From positions 45,632,001 through 45,696,000 of the forward strand of contig CM114271.1 in assembly GCA_050084515.1 (NCBI GenBank): DNA of 64,000 nucleotides, written 5' to 3'. Below the pieces are notes generated by a model. The model saw nothing but the letters and a program-made list of their open reading frames with translations. It had not been told where the DNA came from and did no database searches. Positions within the stretch are counted from its first letter, which is position 1. The number at the start of each line of letters is the position of its first letter. Shown here in pieces: positions 26,001 to 39,481 of the stretch. The DNA comes from Blasia pusilla. Its lineage: Eukaryota. The translations under genes were made by a program, and so were the position numbers.

Positions 26001-29000
26001 ATTGGACAACAATAATATAACTGGTACCATCCCCGACTTGAGTGCTCTCATCAATCTTCAAACAATGTAAGGGAGTGAATTGGATCCCATGCAGACTGTT
26101 GTGGTTTACAATGCACTCAATTATTTTTGGAAGTGGCTTTTCCCATCCTAAAGTAGCCCTTATTTTGTTCACACAATATATTTATGTTTACATTTTTTAC
26201 TACTTTTGGCGCATTGAGATGTGCAGACGATTTCAAAACAACCAATTACAAGGATCTATTCCGGATTCATTGGCTCTGCTCCCAAATCTCACATTGTTGT
26301 ACGTAGAAACTTCTCATGGTATTAACAAAGTTATGATGCATATTAGAGCATTCAATTGAAGAGATATTTTGTTTTGAATGGCTTTCAATGAGAAGGATTG
26401 CAAAGTGTTCACATAATTGGGGATGGGTAAGTTTCTTATAAGAAGTTGCCTATAATCACAAGGCACCAATTATGATATAGAGAATATATTCAAGAATCAT
26501 AGAAAGTAGTTTGAACTGCAATTTCAAGTTGTAGTTGTCGTGATCATCTTGAGAAGTTGTTATTATCCCAATTAGAAGATGGGTACTAATGTGACCAAAG
26601 TTATTGTAAATAGATTTGGTCTTGACTATACAATGGATGAGTAGTATGTAACTATGGTGTTTTGTGCATATTGTCCAGAACTTTGGACCATAATCTCTTG
26701 GAGGGAGGGCTACCACCAGGTCTAGCGAAGAAAATTGATATGGGCTCATTGACTTTTTCGTAGGCATTCCTCTCCTTCTTGGTTCTAAGGTGTAACTCAA
26801 TGATATATGTTGTATATAAGTGAGCGCATGATCAAGTTTCAAACAATTGATTGATCAAGAACATTATTGATCTACAAATTTAAAATAGCATTGCTTATTT
26901 TGGAATTCCTACAGGGCGAGTGATAATCCCTACCTATGTTTTGGAGGAAATCCATGCTTACGATCAACAAATAGTTCATCAACCTCTTTCCCAAGAACTC
27001 CTTCCAAGAGCTCAAGCTCTAACATTGGGCCCAAAGTGGGTGCGGCAATAGGTGCCGTACTTGGGCTACTACTTCTAGTGATGATTTTGGTTTGTGTATA
27101 TAGAAAGAGAACGAACTCCAAGCTGCCAGGTATGAAAATACATTCTCAATCCAATAATGGTTGTCTACCTATCTTAGTTGCTTTCACGTACTTGGTTCTT
27201 TGAGTCCCCTCTTTTTTGTATTCTTGATAGATTTCCCTCCTGCTTTTTGTTGAGGTTTTATTCCTACATATACTTATATAAATTGCTGTAATATGTGCTA
27301 TAATCGTGAATTCGTTGAATATCTTTATATTTTTCTTCTTTCTCTTCTATTTGTGACTACTGAATGGATTCTTTTGTTAGTCCAGGTGAATCGAATGTGA
27401 ATGTTGTCGCCCATGGGGTTTCTTCTTTTTCAAACCAACCTAGAGATCCAAACCAACCAATCCCTTTCTCACGAATCGAGGTACTTCAAGCCACAAACAA
27501 CTTTTCGAGAAAAATTGGCAAAGGTGGCTATGGAGATGTTTACTACGGACAATTGCCTGATGGTCAAGAGGTGGCCGTGAAAGTGAACAAAGGAAATTCT
27601 CACCAAGGAGCAAAGGAGTTTTTGAATGAGGTAAATCACATCATCATCAATTGATGCCCATGTCCAAGTAGGATCAAGCATCACAAAGATTTTAACTCAT
27701 TTCCATGTTTAATTGCAAGTACTTTCAATCATCGAGCTTTAAATCTCATTTAGTATTTGGTGGTGGATGTGGTTAGGTAACGCTCTTGTCAAGATTACAC
27801 CACAAAAATTTGGTGTCTTTTGTGGGTTATTGCAAGGAAGAAAATGAGCGTGTTTTGATATATGGATTTATGTCTCAAGGGACATTGCAAGAGCACCTCT
27901 ATGGTAAGCATCCCCTTCATTTCACTCCAATAATCCCTTCATCCCATCCAATTGATCTCATACCAACTCAAATCATCCTTCAACTCATGAGTAGATATAG
28001 ACTTTTTCCTTTGACCAATTGTTCAAAGGTTTTGTTATTTCCTAACCATCTAGTAATATGCTTGATTGAAAGGAAATCTTTTCTATTGAGGCATTTAGAA
28101 ATAAAACTCTTGGAATAGTGGGAAGAACTTGAGTGTGTTTAAAAGACTCCTATGTTTCCACTAAGTTGTTTCTCCCTTTGAAATAGGTGAAGGAGGGGCT
28201 CCTGTACAACAACCACTAGATTGGCGAACAAGACTAGATATTGTCCTCAATGCTGCTCGAGGTGATGATGATACTCGGATTTAGCTTGCATTTAAACTCA
28301 AGCATATGCAGGCCAATGTTATGAAGATATGCATGTAGAGCATTTATTCCTTTCAAATGAAAGATGTGTGATTCTCTTCACCCCAAAATAATCCTTCATG
28401 CAATTGATTTTTTGTTCTACTCTAATTGTAAGTTTTTCATGTTTGTGGCTTCTATACTTTCCCAGGAATTGAGTACCTACATCATTCTTGCTCTCCCCCT
28501 GTCATTCATCGTGACATAAAACCAAGCAATATTTTATTGACCGATAGGCTCACGGCCAAAATATCAGATTTTGGCATTTCAAAAAGCATAATTCAAAATA
28601 ATCAATTTGGGATCATGACGGGAGTGAAGGGTTCCTTCGGCTATCTTGACCCAGAGTAAGTCTCTTCTCCACTTAGACCACCCATACTTTCATGAATTCA
28701 AAAAAAATTCACAAACTCAATAAATATCTTTGTATTTAAGATAGGATTTGTTGTGGTCATTGGTCAGGTACTCCAAGGAGAATCGATTGAACTTAAAGAG
28801 CGATATCTATAGCTTTGGCGTTGTTTTGCTTGAAGTTATCACAGGGAGAAAATACAACACAACTCAATTTCCAAATGGCGTGACATCCACTCTCATAGAT
28901 TGGGTAAGTGCAATTGTATGAATATAATATATGCTTTAATCATGGGATATTCTTTTCCTCTTTCCTCCCTCTGTTTGGCCTCATTACATAAATCATTAGA

Positions 29001-29711
29001 ATAAGGAAAAAGGCGGTATGAAATCTACATCACCTACAATGAAAGAAAGTATGCACCATACATAACAACTACAACTTATGATTCCTTAATTTTTACTTGT
29101 GTTTAACATCCATGTACATGAAAAAGATTCTTCATTCCAATCTTAGGAGTGTTGTAGTTTTTTTTTTGTAAAGCTCTTGCACATGAACTTTCACCTCATT
29201 AGTGGATCTTAGCTTTAACTTTGGGTTATTTGCAACTAGTTCTAATGAGATCTTCAAAATGTCATTTTTCTTGGTAATCTAGAGAAACAAGTGTACCCTT
29301 ATCCCTTTGGATAATGGTATTGAGAAGTTGTAACAATAAAAGAGGTTGTTTCGACAGGTGGGAGATGGTCTACGGGGAAATTCTATCCAAGAGATAGTCG
29401 ATCCTATGTTAACTACAAATTACAATTTAGACTCTGCTTGGAGACTTGTAGAGTTAGCGATGGCATGTTTAGAGCCTCATGCAGTGAATAGACCGGATAT
29501 ACAAGAAGTTGTTATTGCATTGAGCGAGGCTTTGGATCTAGAGGAGCATCAACAAGGGATCATAACACCTTCAAATCATTCTCCATCTGACCTTGTTGCT
29601 TCTTCTTTTGACCAATACCAACGAGTTTACCCAGGATCCCGATCTTCTGCTAGGTCCTCCAATGAGAGCTTTCCTACAATGACTTTGAGTACCAATGTTG
29701 CAGCTAGGTAA
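23072..29711 (+). CDS. Malectin-like domain LRR receptor-like Ser/Thr kinase (LRR-I type). Exons: 23072-23156, 23362-23929, 24589-25066, 25501-25633, 25758-25829, 25998-26066, 26227-26298, 26679-26759, 26915-27129, 27386-27630, 27777-27903, 28187-28261, 28466-28655, 28768-28903, 29358-29711. One apparent frameshift near 24692.
   Basis: Signal peptide; GFISIDCG, RYPSDTFDRFW and LNAVE (malectin-like); WSGDPCLP; 69-81 nt LRR exons; TM segment AAIGAVLGLLLLVMILVCVY-RKR; kinase motifs IGKGGYGDVY, VAVK, HRDIKPSNILL, DFG, GSFGYLDPEY and SDIYSFG. All introns are GT-AG. Confidence 0.92.
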
Positions 29712-30659
29712 TATTAGTCGAGTATCCTAGATTGAAAGGATTTAAGATTTGCCTTTTATATTCTTCCTATTTCTCTTACCACATGTGGAAAGAAAAAGAT
29801 GGAAGAAAACTTGGATTGTAAACAGGCCGCATGTGATGTTTCAACATAAAATTAAGTCCTTGTAAATGAGCAAAACCCAGTGTTGTTGTTTTACAATGAT
29901 AAGGACGATTGGTTTTTTAGTTGTGTCATTGTATCCGAGATTGGAAATTGGAAGCCTTATTTTGTAAAGCAAAAAAATTAGTTTTTTGCTGGTAACTAAC
30001 CATATAGAATTGTCCATGTCATTTGGGCTAGGGTAAAGAGATATCTACGATGTTGGATGATTTCACCCGAAAATTTTGTGACACCCAAAGCCTAAAGGAC
30101 TCACGGGCATTGTAATTTGTGCGGGGTTTGCACTAGGCAGCCAAGTAGTGCTTGGCTTTGATTCACTAGAATTCACTCTATAAGAAGTGAAGTTCAAAAA
30201 CCTGCAGATCAAAGAAAAAGGCAAGGACATAACTTCAATATACTATCCCATCTCTCTAAAATCTTACCTTATGGATATTGGACTCTTTTTCATCTTTTCA
30301 TTTTTTGATCTTATTTAGTGATGCATGTCGTGCTTTCATTGGCGGCTTGAAAGGACTCTACACGGACCCCTTTAATCCATACTATGAATTATTGCGGCCA
30401 TATCCACACATGTGTGTTATAGTCACATAATCAGCTTTGGAATAAATGAGATGCTTGTGATAGTTGATTTGAGGTCAAAGTTGGAGTCACGAAGTTGGAA
30501 CTGCGAGCGGAGGTGAACTAAGAGTCGTAAGAAGTTGGAGGTGTGGTCTAAAGGGACGTTGGAGCCGCGGCGACAACGATGCCTGAGATTTTTTACCTGG
30601 TAGAACTGAAATTTTCTTTTTTGGATCACATGGTGTTGTTGGATCTCTTTGATTGCAAC

Positions 30660-32353
30660 GCCTTCAAGCTGAGTCGCAATAAGAGGAGAGGAAGAGAGAA
30701 GAGAGGAAACTACCTTCAACCCAAAGAGATATATTTTTCTAAAGAGAGTTTCTGTTGGGTTGAAGAGAGGAATTTTTTTTTGTGAACATTTTTGCAATTT
30801 TTTTCTCTGTTTAGTCACTCCCATACATTGGTTTTTTCTCTTCCATAGTTTGGCAACCCGTCTAAATCTGACTATTAGCGACTTGCACAAAATAAAAATA
30901 ATTGGAATCACAAATGTGGAACAAATCACTTTTTCCATCCAAGGTCTGAAAAAAAAATCATCATTTTTCCATAGCTGATTAGAGTTCAAGCTCATAGTGA
31001 ACATTTTGGCACTTCAAAGTACAATCTAAGACCTCATTTTGCATCCTCACAGTGGTTTGTTTAGGATACTTCACACTTCTTTGAGGGACAAAATTGGTTG
31101 GTAGATTCCTACTCCTACCTTCGACTCTCCTAAAACTACAAGCAACACATAGTACATGTGCTTACAAGGGAAATACCTTTTCCCACTTGTCTCTCTTTGG
31201 ACAAAGTCATTACAGGAACATGTGGGAAACCAATAGATATGTACCACGTACACCCCTGTCACACTTGAATCAACAATTTTGTTCCTGACCCAATACATCC
31301 TTCCTATTCCAATGCCACTATGAACCTCTTTTGTGGCGATGATTTCCATGTTTGCCTCTTGAGCTGATGCGATTCTCTTTGCTCTCTCCATTGTTCCTCT
31401 ACACATTTTGTTTCTCTTCACCTCATTTCTAGACTCGAACAGAAATAGTGGATTGAGATCATCCACTTTCTACGGGTACATGTTAACATCAATCTTGGGA
31501 AATACGAAGGTCCCTCTAATGCAAACATGCTCTGAAATCCCTCCCTCTACGAGTCTGAAATCGGCACTTGTAAGATTGTCCACTTCATCTTGAATGCAAG
31601 TGGTATCTCCAGCAATGGGCCAAATTTTTGGGGTATTCCCTGCAGCTCCAATGGCAGCCGATTAAGACTTTCAAAAAGCGCATGATTCATTTGGGAAGAA
31701 GAAGTACTTCAATTGATCCTCGATTCTAGTAAAACAATCAAAGGTTTTTAGCCCCCAGAAGCCTGGCAGTGGTTGTCTTGTCCTTGTACAATTCTTATTC
31801 AAGAAAGTGCCATATGCTCTCCTATTGCCATCCGATCCTGCCCTGCAAGTTAGGCCACGTCCAAGGTTTCTTCAAGAAATATGCAATTGCTTGAGGCTGC
31901 AATCAATCTCAACGACCGGAATCCCGTACTTTTGAACTATCCCCGAGATTATATGTTGGGAAGTTCTAGCAATAGAGGGATTTTAAAATAAAACATTCAT
32001 TGATTGTGCAGAAGGTATTTCAACTCGAATTCGGGAGCATTCTGGTGTCTCTGAATACCTGGGCGGGGTAATTTCATCATCCAAATCAATCACCCGATTC
32101 GTTCCTCGATTTTGACGCTTGACTTGCTTGAAATCAATATACTTATAAGGTCTCTAAGAGTCTCGTTCAAACTGCTCTACCATCATCTATATGAGACATC
32201 TTGGAACACGCCCACGAATGTCCCCACCAATGTGGACGTCTTTCTCGAGAGGAGTTATAGCTATGCACCAATTGAAAGCTTCCACATATAATTTCTCATC
32301 CCCACATCTTACAACGGCTCTAACATAGAGCTCCTAAATCAAAGGGCCCTTTT
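30660..32353 (-). mobile_element. MULE-like element copy 2 (3' part including SWIM ORF 31071-31466), inverted relative to copy 1
   Basis: DDLNPLFLFESRN...PTCSCNDF..PCKHMYYVL is nearly colinear with 4615-5160; nucleotide similarity extends over ~3850-5530. Confidence 0.9.
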
Positions 32354-32426
32354 ACTTAATACTAATAAAACTCTCTCTAACATTTAATGAGAGAGGAGTT
32401 TACATAGTGAGTGATTTTACTATACA

Positions 32427-33275
<849 letters not shown>

Positions 33276-33298
33276 CCGCACTTCATATATATATATAT

Positions 33299-33365
33299 AG
33301 ACAGGATTCAAACCTACGACCTCAAGGTTATGAGCCTTGCGAGCTACTAGACTACTCTACTCCGC
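33299..33365 (-). tRNA. trnfM-CAU: Plastid-type tRNA-fMet(CAU) copy, degenerate and 3'-truncated (organellar insertion)
   Basis: The minus strand reads gcggagtagagtagtctagtagctcgcaaggctCATaaccttgaggtcgtaggtttgaatcctgtct, matching the plastid trnfM pattern. Confidence 0.85.
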
Positions 33366-33872
33366 ATCTAGATTTCTTTGAATTATCCCCTTTACGTTGA
33401 GACATCATTTGTTACCACTGTTAGATTCAACTGAAACTTGGTGGGATTGATAGCTTGTAGGATTTAACTAAGAATGCAAGACCCCCATTATGGTTTAGGC
33501 CTTAGCTATGGATGTCTCAGATAAGACAATCTTCTAAATGAAGGAAGATCGAACGGTCCCTTTATGACATGGATGGGGAGGGTTTTGCTAGTGAGAGAGC
33601 ATGGAGTGGTGACCTGTCTTACAAACCTACATGTTTGGGACTTTGTATTTTTGTATTTTATCTCTGATCATTTTTTTTCCAAAGGATGGGTGCAGAAATA
33701 GGGCTACTCAATGGTGACCTCGTGAGCATTGCAATAGTTTTCGGGAAAACTTCGTTAGAAACTCTCGTCCCTTTTTTACAAGAGAAAGGTAGTCAACTTT
33801 ATAAAGCGTCATTAGGGGTTGTAATGAAATGAAAAAATTAATCAAGAGCAGAGTCATACATCAATGAATGTA

Positions 33873-36800
33873 TGAATGTTCTACTTAATATGAAGTTTTT
33901 GTGAAGAAATATCTCCATACAAACTTTGTGTCAAATGCCACACTAAAATCAAGTTGGGGATGCATGAGGAGGCATTGGACAACAGTAATATAACTGGTAC
34001 CATCCCTGACTTGAGCGCTCTCATCAATCTTCAAACAATGTAAGGGAGTGAATTGGATTCCATGCAAGTTATTGTGGGTTTGTGTTGGTTTAGGGTTTAG
34101 GGTTTATCTTTGGAAGTGTCTTTGCACATCCTAAAAGTAGATCATTATTTGTTCGTATAATAGATATGTTTAGATTTTTAACCACTTTTGGCGGATTGAG
34201 ATAACATTGTGTAGGCAATTGCAAAACAACCAATTACAAGGTTTTATTCCGGATTCATTGGCTTTGCTCCCAAATCTCACGTTATTGTACGTAGAACCTT
34301 CTCATTGTATTATCAAAGTTATTGTGCATTTTAGAGCATTTAATTGAAGAAATATTTGGTTTGAATGGCTTATAGTGTGAAAGATTACAAATTGTTAAAA
34401 TTTTGAGATAATCATTGATAGTTAAGTTTTTCTTTGTAAAGTTTCCTTCAATCACAAGAGACAAATTATGATATAGATGATCTATTCAAGAAAAATAGAA
34501 AAGAATTTGGATCATAATTTGAAGTTGTAGTTGTTAAGATCATCTTAAGAATTTTTTTATTATCTAGATTAGAAGATAGGTAGTGTTATGAAAATAAATA
34601 TTGTAAATGATTTGTCTTATCAATATCTACAAAATGTATGAGTAGCAAGTAACTATGGTATTTTGTGCATTTTCTCAAAAAATTTAGACCATAACCTCTT
34701 GGAGGGAGATCTACCACCAGTCTATCGAAGAAAATTGATACGGGCTCATTGACTTTTCATAGGCATTCCTTCCTCTCCTTCTTAGTTCTAAGTTTCAATT
34801 CAATGATATGTGTTATATATAAGCGAGGGGATGATCAAGTTCCAAATGATTGATTGATCAAGAACTTTGTTAATCTATAAAAATAAAACTGCGTATTTTG
34901 GAATTTTTTCAGGGCAACTGATAATCCATATGTATGTTTTGGAGGAAATCCCTGCTTACGACCATCCTCCTCACCAAGATCTCCTTCCAAGGGCTTAAGA
35001 TCCAATATTGGGCCCATAGTGGATGCGGCAATAGGTGGCGTACTTGGGCTATTGCTTCTAGCAATGATTTTAATTTGCGTGTGTAGAAAGAGGAAGAATT
35101 CCAAACTTCCAATTGTGAAGATACATACTCAAACCAATAATGATTGTCTACTTATGTGAATTTTTATAATATGTAATCTAATCTTGAATTTAATGAATAT
35201 CTTTATATTTTCCTTCTTTATCTTATGTTTGTGAGTATTGAATGCCATTGGGTTCTTTTTGTTAGTCTAGGTAAATTAGATGTGAAAGTTGTTGCCAATG
35301 GGGTTTCTTCCTTTTCAAACCAACCTAGAGATCCAAACCAACCTATCTCTTTCACACGAATTGAGATACTTCATGCCACAAACAAATTTTCAAAAAAAAT
35401 TGGTTAAGGTGGCTACGAAGATGTTTACTACGGATAATTGCCTGATGGTCAAGAGGTGGTTGTGAAAGTGAACAAAGGAAATTCACACCAAAGAGAAAAG
35501 GAATTTTTGAACAAGATAAATCACGTCGTCATCAAAAAATTCGTGTGTCAAAGTAGTATCAAGAATCACTAAGATGTTGACTAATTGGAAATAAGTGTAA
35601 ATGAACATACAAACTTATGATCTACAAGAAATCAATAGCATGAGTATGGTTGGCATTCAAAGTCTTTCTAGGCTTAATTATTAATACTTTCAATCATTTA
35701 GCTTTGAATCTCATTCAACATTTGGTGGTGGATGTGGCTAGGTAATGCTCCTATCAAGATTATACCACAAAATTTTTTATTTTTTATAGATTATTGCAAG
35801 GAAGAAAATGAGCGAGTTTTAATATTTGCATTCATGTCTCAAGGGACTTTGCAAGAGCATCTCTATGGTAAGCATTCCCTTCTTCTCATTCTAATAACCC
35901 CTTCATCCCATCCAGATTATGTCATACCCAAAATCATCCCACGACTCATGAAAAGATATAGACTTTTTCCTTCGACCAATGGTTCAAAGGTTCTATTCTT
36001 TTCTTACTTGAAAGGAAATTTTTTGCCTGAGGGAGAAAGAAATAAAACTCTTGGAATAGTGAGAAAAAACGTGAGTGTGTTAATAAGATCCCCCAATTTC
36101 CACTAACTTGTTCTTGGCTTTGAAATAGGTGAAGGAGGAACTCATGTACCACAACCACTAGATTGGCAAACAATACTAGATATTGTCCTCAACGCTACGC
36201 GAGGTGATGATGATACTTGGATTTAGCGTGCATCTAAATTCATGCATATGCATTGTAGTATAAGGAAGATGTGTGCATTTAGAGCACTTATCCCTTTCAA
36301 ATGAAGGATACATGATTCTATTTACTCAAGAACAGTCCTTCATGCGATCGATTTGTTGTTCTACTCTAACTACTACAAGTTTTTCTTGTTTGTGGCTTCT
36401 ATACTTTCCAAGAATGGAATACTGCATCATTCTTGCTCTCCTCTCTTATCCTCGAGACATAAAACCAAGAAATATTTTATTGACCGACAAGCTCATGGCC
36501 AAAATATCAGATTTTGGTATTTCAAATTTTGGAATCATTTGAGTGGCAACTACCACTCAAATGATTCCTTATTATTTACTTGTGTGGTAACATCCATGTG
36601 CATGTAAGAGTTCTTAATTCCAATATTAGGAATGTAGAAGTTTTTTTTGGGCGAAGCTCTTGCGTATGAACTTTCACCTCATTAGTGGGTTTTAGCCTTA
36701 ACTTTGCAATGGTTATTTGCAAGTAGTTCTAATGAGATCTTCAAATTTTCATTTTTCTTGGTTATGTAGAGAAATAAGTGCACCCTCATCCCTTTAGATC

Positions 36801-37195
36801 TTGTTATTAAGAAATTCTAATAATGAAAGAGTTTATTTCAAAAGGTGGGAGATTGTCAACAAAAAAATTCTATCCAAGATGTAGTCGATACTACGCTAGC
36901 CACAAATTATAATTTACACTCTCCATGAAGAGTTGTTGAGATAGCAATGGCATGTTTGGAGCCTTCTGCAATAAATAGACCGGATATACAAGTTGTTATT
37001 GCATTGAGTGAGGCTTTGGATATAGAGGAGCATCAACAAGGGATAATAACATCTTCAAATCATTCTCCATATGACCTTATTGCTTCTACTTTTGACCAAT
37101 ACCAACGTGTTCATCCAGGCTCTTGATCTTCTGCTAAGTCCTCCAACGAGAGCTTTCCTACAATGACTTGGAGTTCCAATGTTACAGCTAGGTAA
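33873..37195 (+). pseudogene. Partial tandem duplicate of the LRR-RLK (intron 5 to stop), pseudogenised
   Basis: Exons 6-15 and introns align with 25890-29711. TAA in the Gly-rich loop (35405-35407), damaged splice sites, and deletion of the exon 13 end plus exon 14. Confidence 0.92.
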
Positions 37196-37805
37196 TACTA
37201 GTAAAGTATCATAGATTGCAAGGATTTACGCTTTTCCTGTCATCTTCTTTATATTTTATCCGTGTTCATAACTCTTAACACAAACTAATTGGATTCAAAT
37301 GGAGAAAATATCTAAGCATTGAACTATAGCGTTCTTGGACTGGATTAAGAGTAGTAGACTATTACTCACATTCCAAAATTTCCAAGATGCCCTATCCTAG
37401 GGGAAAAAATTGTGACTATAGTTGAATTGGTTCAACACATAAAGTAGCTCTACCATATTTTAGGAATTATTACTCTTTAAGCCCAATAGATCAATATCTT
37501 ACGGATGTCATCTTGAATCTCCATGGCATACTTAGTTTTCACCATGAGGAAATTGATGTATCTAATCATTGACCTGCTAGTTTTAATGACCATATCTTTT
37601 AGTTGTGCACCATTATTTTTTCTTTGCTCTATGATTTATCCAAGTTTTTTAAGAGCATCGAAGCAAGAGTATTAAGACACCTTAATAATGAAAAATTAGA
37701 GAAAATTAATAGGGGAAGTGGTGATGGGATTCTAGATTTATAGTGCAAAGTTTATCCTTAGAAAGATGTCATGATTTTAAGTTGGTGCATTACCATATAA
37801 AGAAA

Positions 37806-38898
37806 CTAGTAAGGTGCCTGTGCAATGCACGGGAATAATAAGTGTTTGAAATTTTTTGTTAGTTTATAACTTGTGATTAATGAAGGGAAGGGATTAATGA
37901 TGCAACATACAAATTCAAATCTTTTTTTATCGCTTCTTACATAAGGAGACACATTTTCTTGTCGCCTAGTTGCCATATGTCAAACAGAGAGGTGAGGTGT
38001 TGGCAAATCAAGAAGGCACTCTCCCATAATAATGTAGGCATTTCCCGTTCCATACACAGTTTCCTCAATAGACATGTGCCGATGATATTTTTTAGAAATT
38101 AAATTAAAAATTTTAAAATCTATTAAATTTCAAAATTTAGGTGTAATTTCCACTCTTATAAATCTTAAAAGAGTAAGAAATCACCTTTAGATAATATCCA
38201 TCTCCCCTAAATAATTACATTACTCCCTAAAAGTTCCAACAAAAATTATTCTTCCCCTTCCACTCTTCCTACCAAAATCACATTTACTAAAAACTTTTCA
38301 TTAATTTTATTTAATTAAATGATTTTCCTTTTCCATTAAATTGATTTTATTTTCCCAAAATATCACATGTGAATTCATATGATTAATTTAAGAATAATAA
38401 AATCATTAATTTAAATTTTTAAATATAAGAACTATTTTCTAAAATCTTAGAAGAATAAGAAAATTTCACTCTTTTAAGTAATTAAAATACTTCATTTAAA
38501 TGATATCCCAATCCTCTAAATAATTTTAACCTTCCATAAAATTTGATCTTCTCCTTCTCCATTAAAATTTGTGTGAATTAAGACACAACTTCTAAAATTT
38601 TTTAATCCAAATTATTCCATTTTACTGATATTTATAATATGAAATAAATTATTAATACTTAATAAAATATTTTTCTATTTTATTCAAATCCTTTTGATTT
38701 TTTCTACTTTGAAGATTTCTACCCATCTAATGTGATTTAAATAATAAAATAAACAGGTTCAATACTTGAATGCCCCTCCCTAACCCTAAAGCCTCCCTAC
38801 CCTCCTCCCTCAATGTCGTAAGGCTAAGACCTCAAAACGCCTACGTGTTATTATGTGAGGACGGGTTTTCAAACCCCATCCTCTTTTAATAATATAGA
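37806..38898 (-). mobile_element. Non-autonomous Helitron, 1093 bp
   Basis: The minus strand starts A|TCTATATTATTAAAAG and ends with hairpin cccgtgcattgcacagg (37817-37833), then CTAG|T; AT target site, no TSD. Confidence 0.88.
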
Positions 38899-39481
38899 TA
38901 AGAGTACTCCAAATCAATTCAAAATAAATTTGGGTGCTAAATAGGAATAAGTATATTGAGACTAATGCATTCTAGGAAGATCTACTCCATGGAAGAGTGG
39001 CCATTCGAATCACTTTTGGAACGAATGGTAACTTGCTCTATTACATTAATGAAGTTTTCTTGAAGTAATTCAATTTATAGGAGAGAGAGTAGAAAGAAGG
39101 CAACCAAATCTTGGCTTGATATTGTTGTTTGTTGGTGAAGTTTATGATTTTAGGGCTTCTGTTTTTTTTCCATCCTCCAATTGGATTAGGCCATAGAGCA
39201 CTTTGGGTCTTCAGACTCTTTTTGTACTTAATGAAGTCACCTATCCTATTTTATTAAAGTTGCGTATTTTTTTGGATCTAGGTCCATTCTAGCATAAGGT
39301 TCAAATTTAGAATGTGAGTTTTATTCATTCCAATATTTTTAAAACTCATTCTATTCGATGATACATATGTATTTTGTATGTTTTTCCCTTTGATTTTATT
39401 GAAGATTGAGTTACAATCAAGCTCATGAGACACCTGAACTGCTACATTTTGGTACTCACAAAAAATAGGGAAGCTTAATCT

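Noticed and set aside
30423-31004. 193-aa minus-strand ORF
   Set aside because: Lies in the MULE 3' non-coding region; not conserved as one frame in copy 1.
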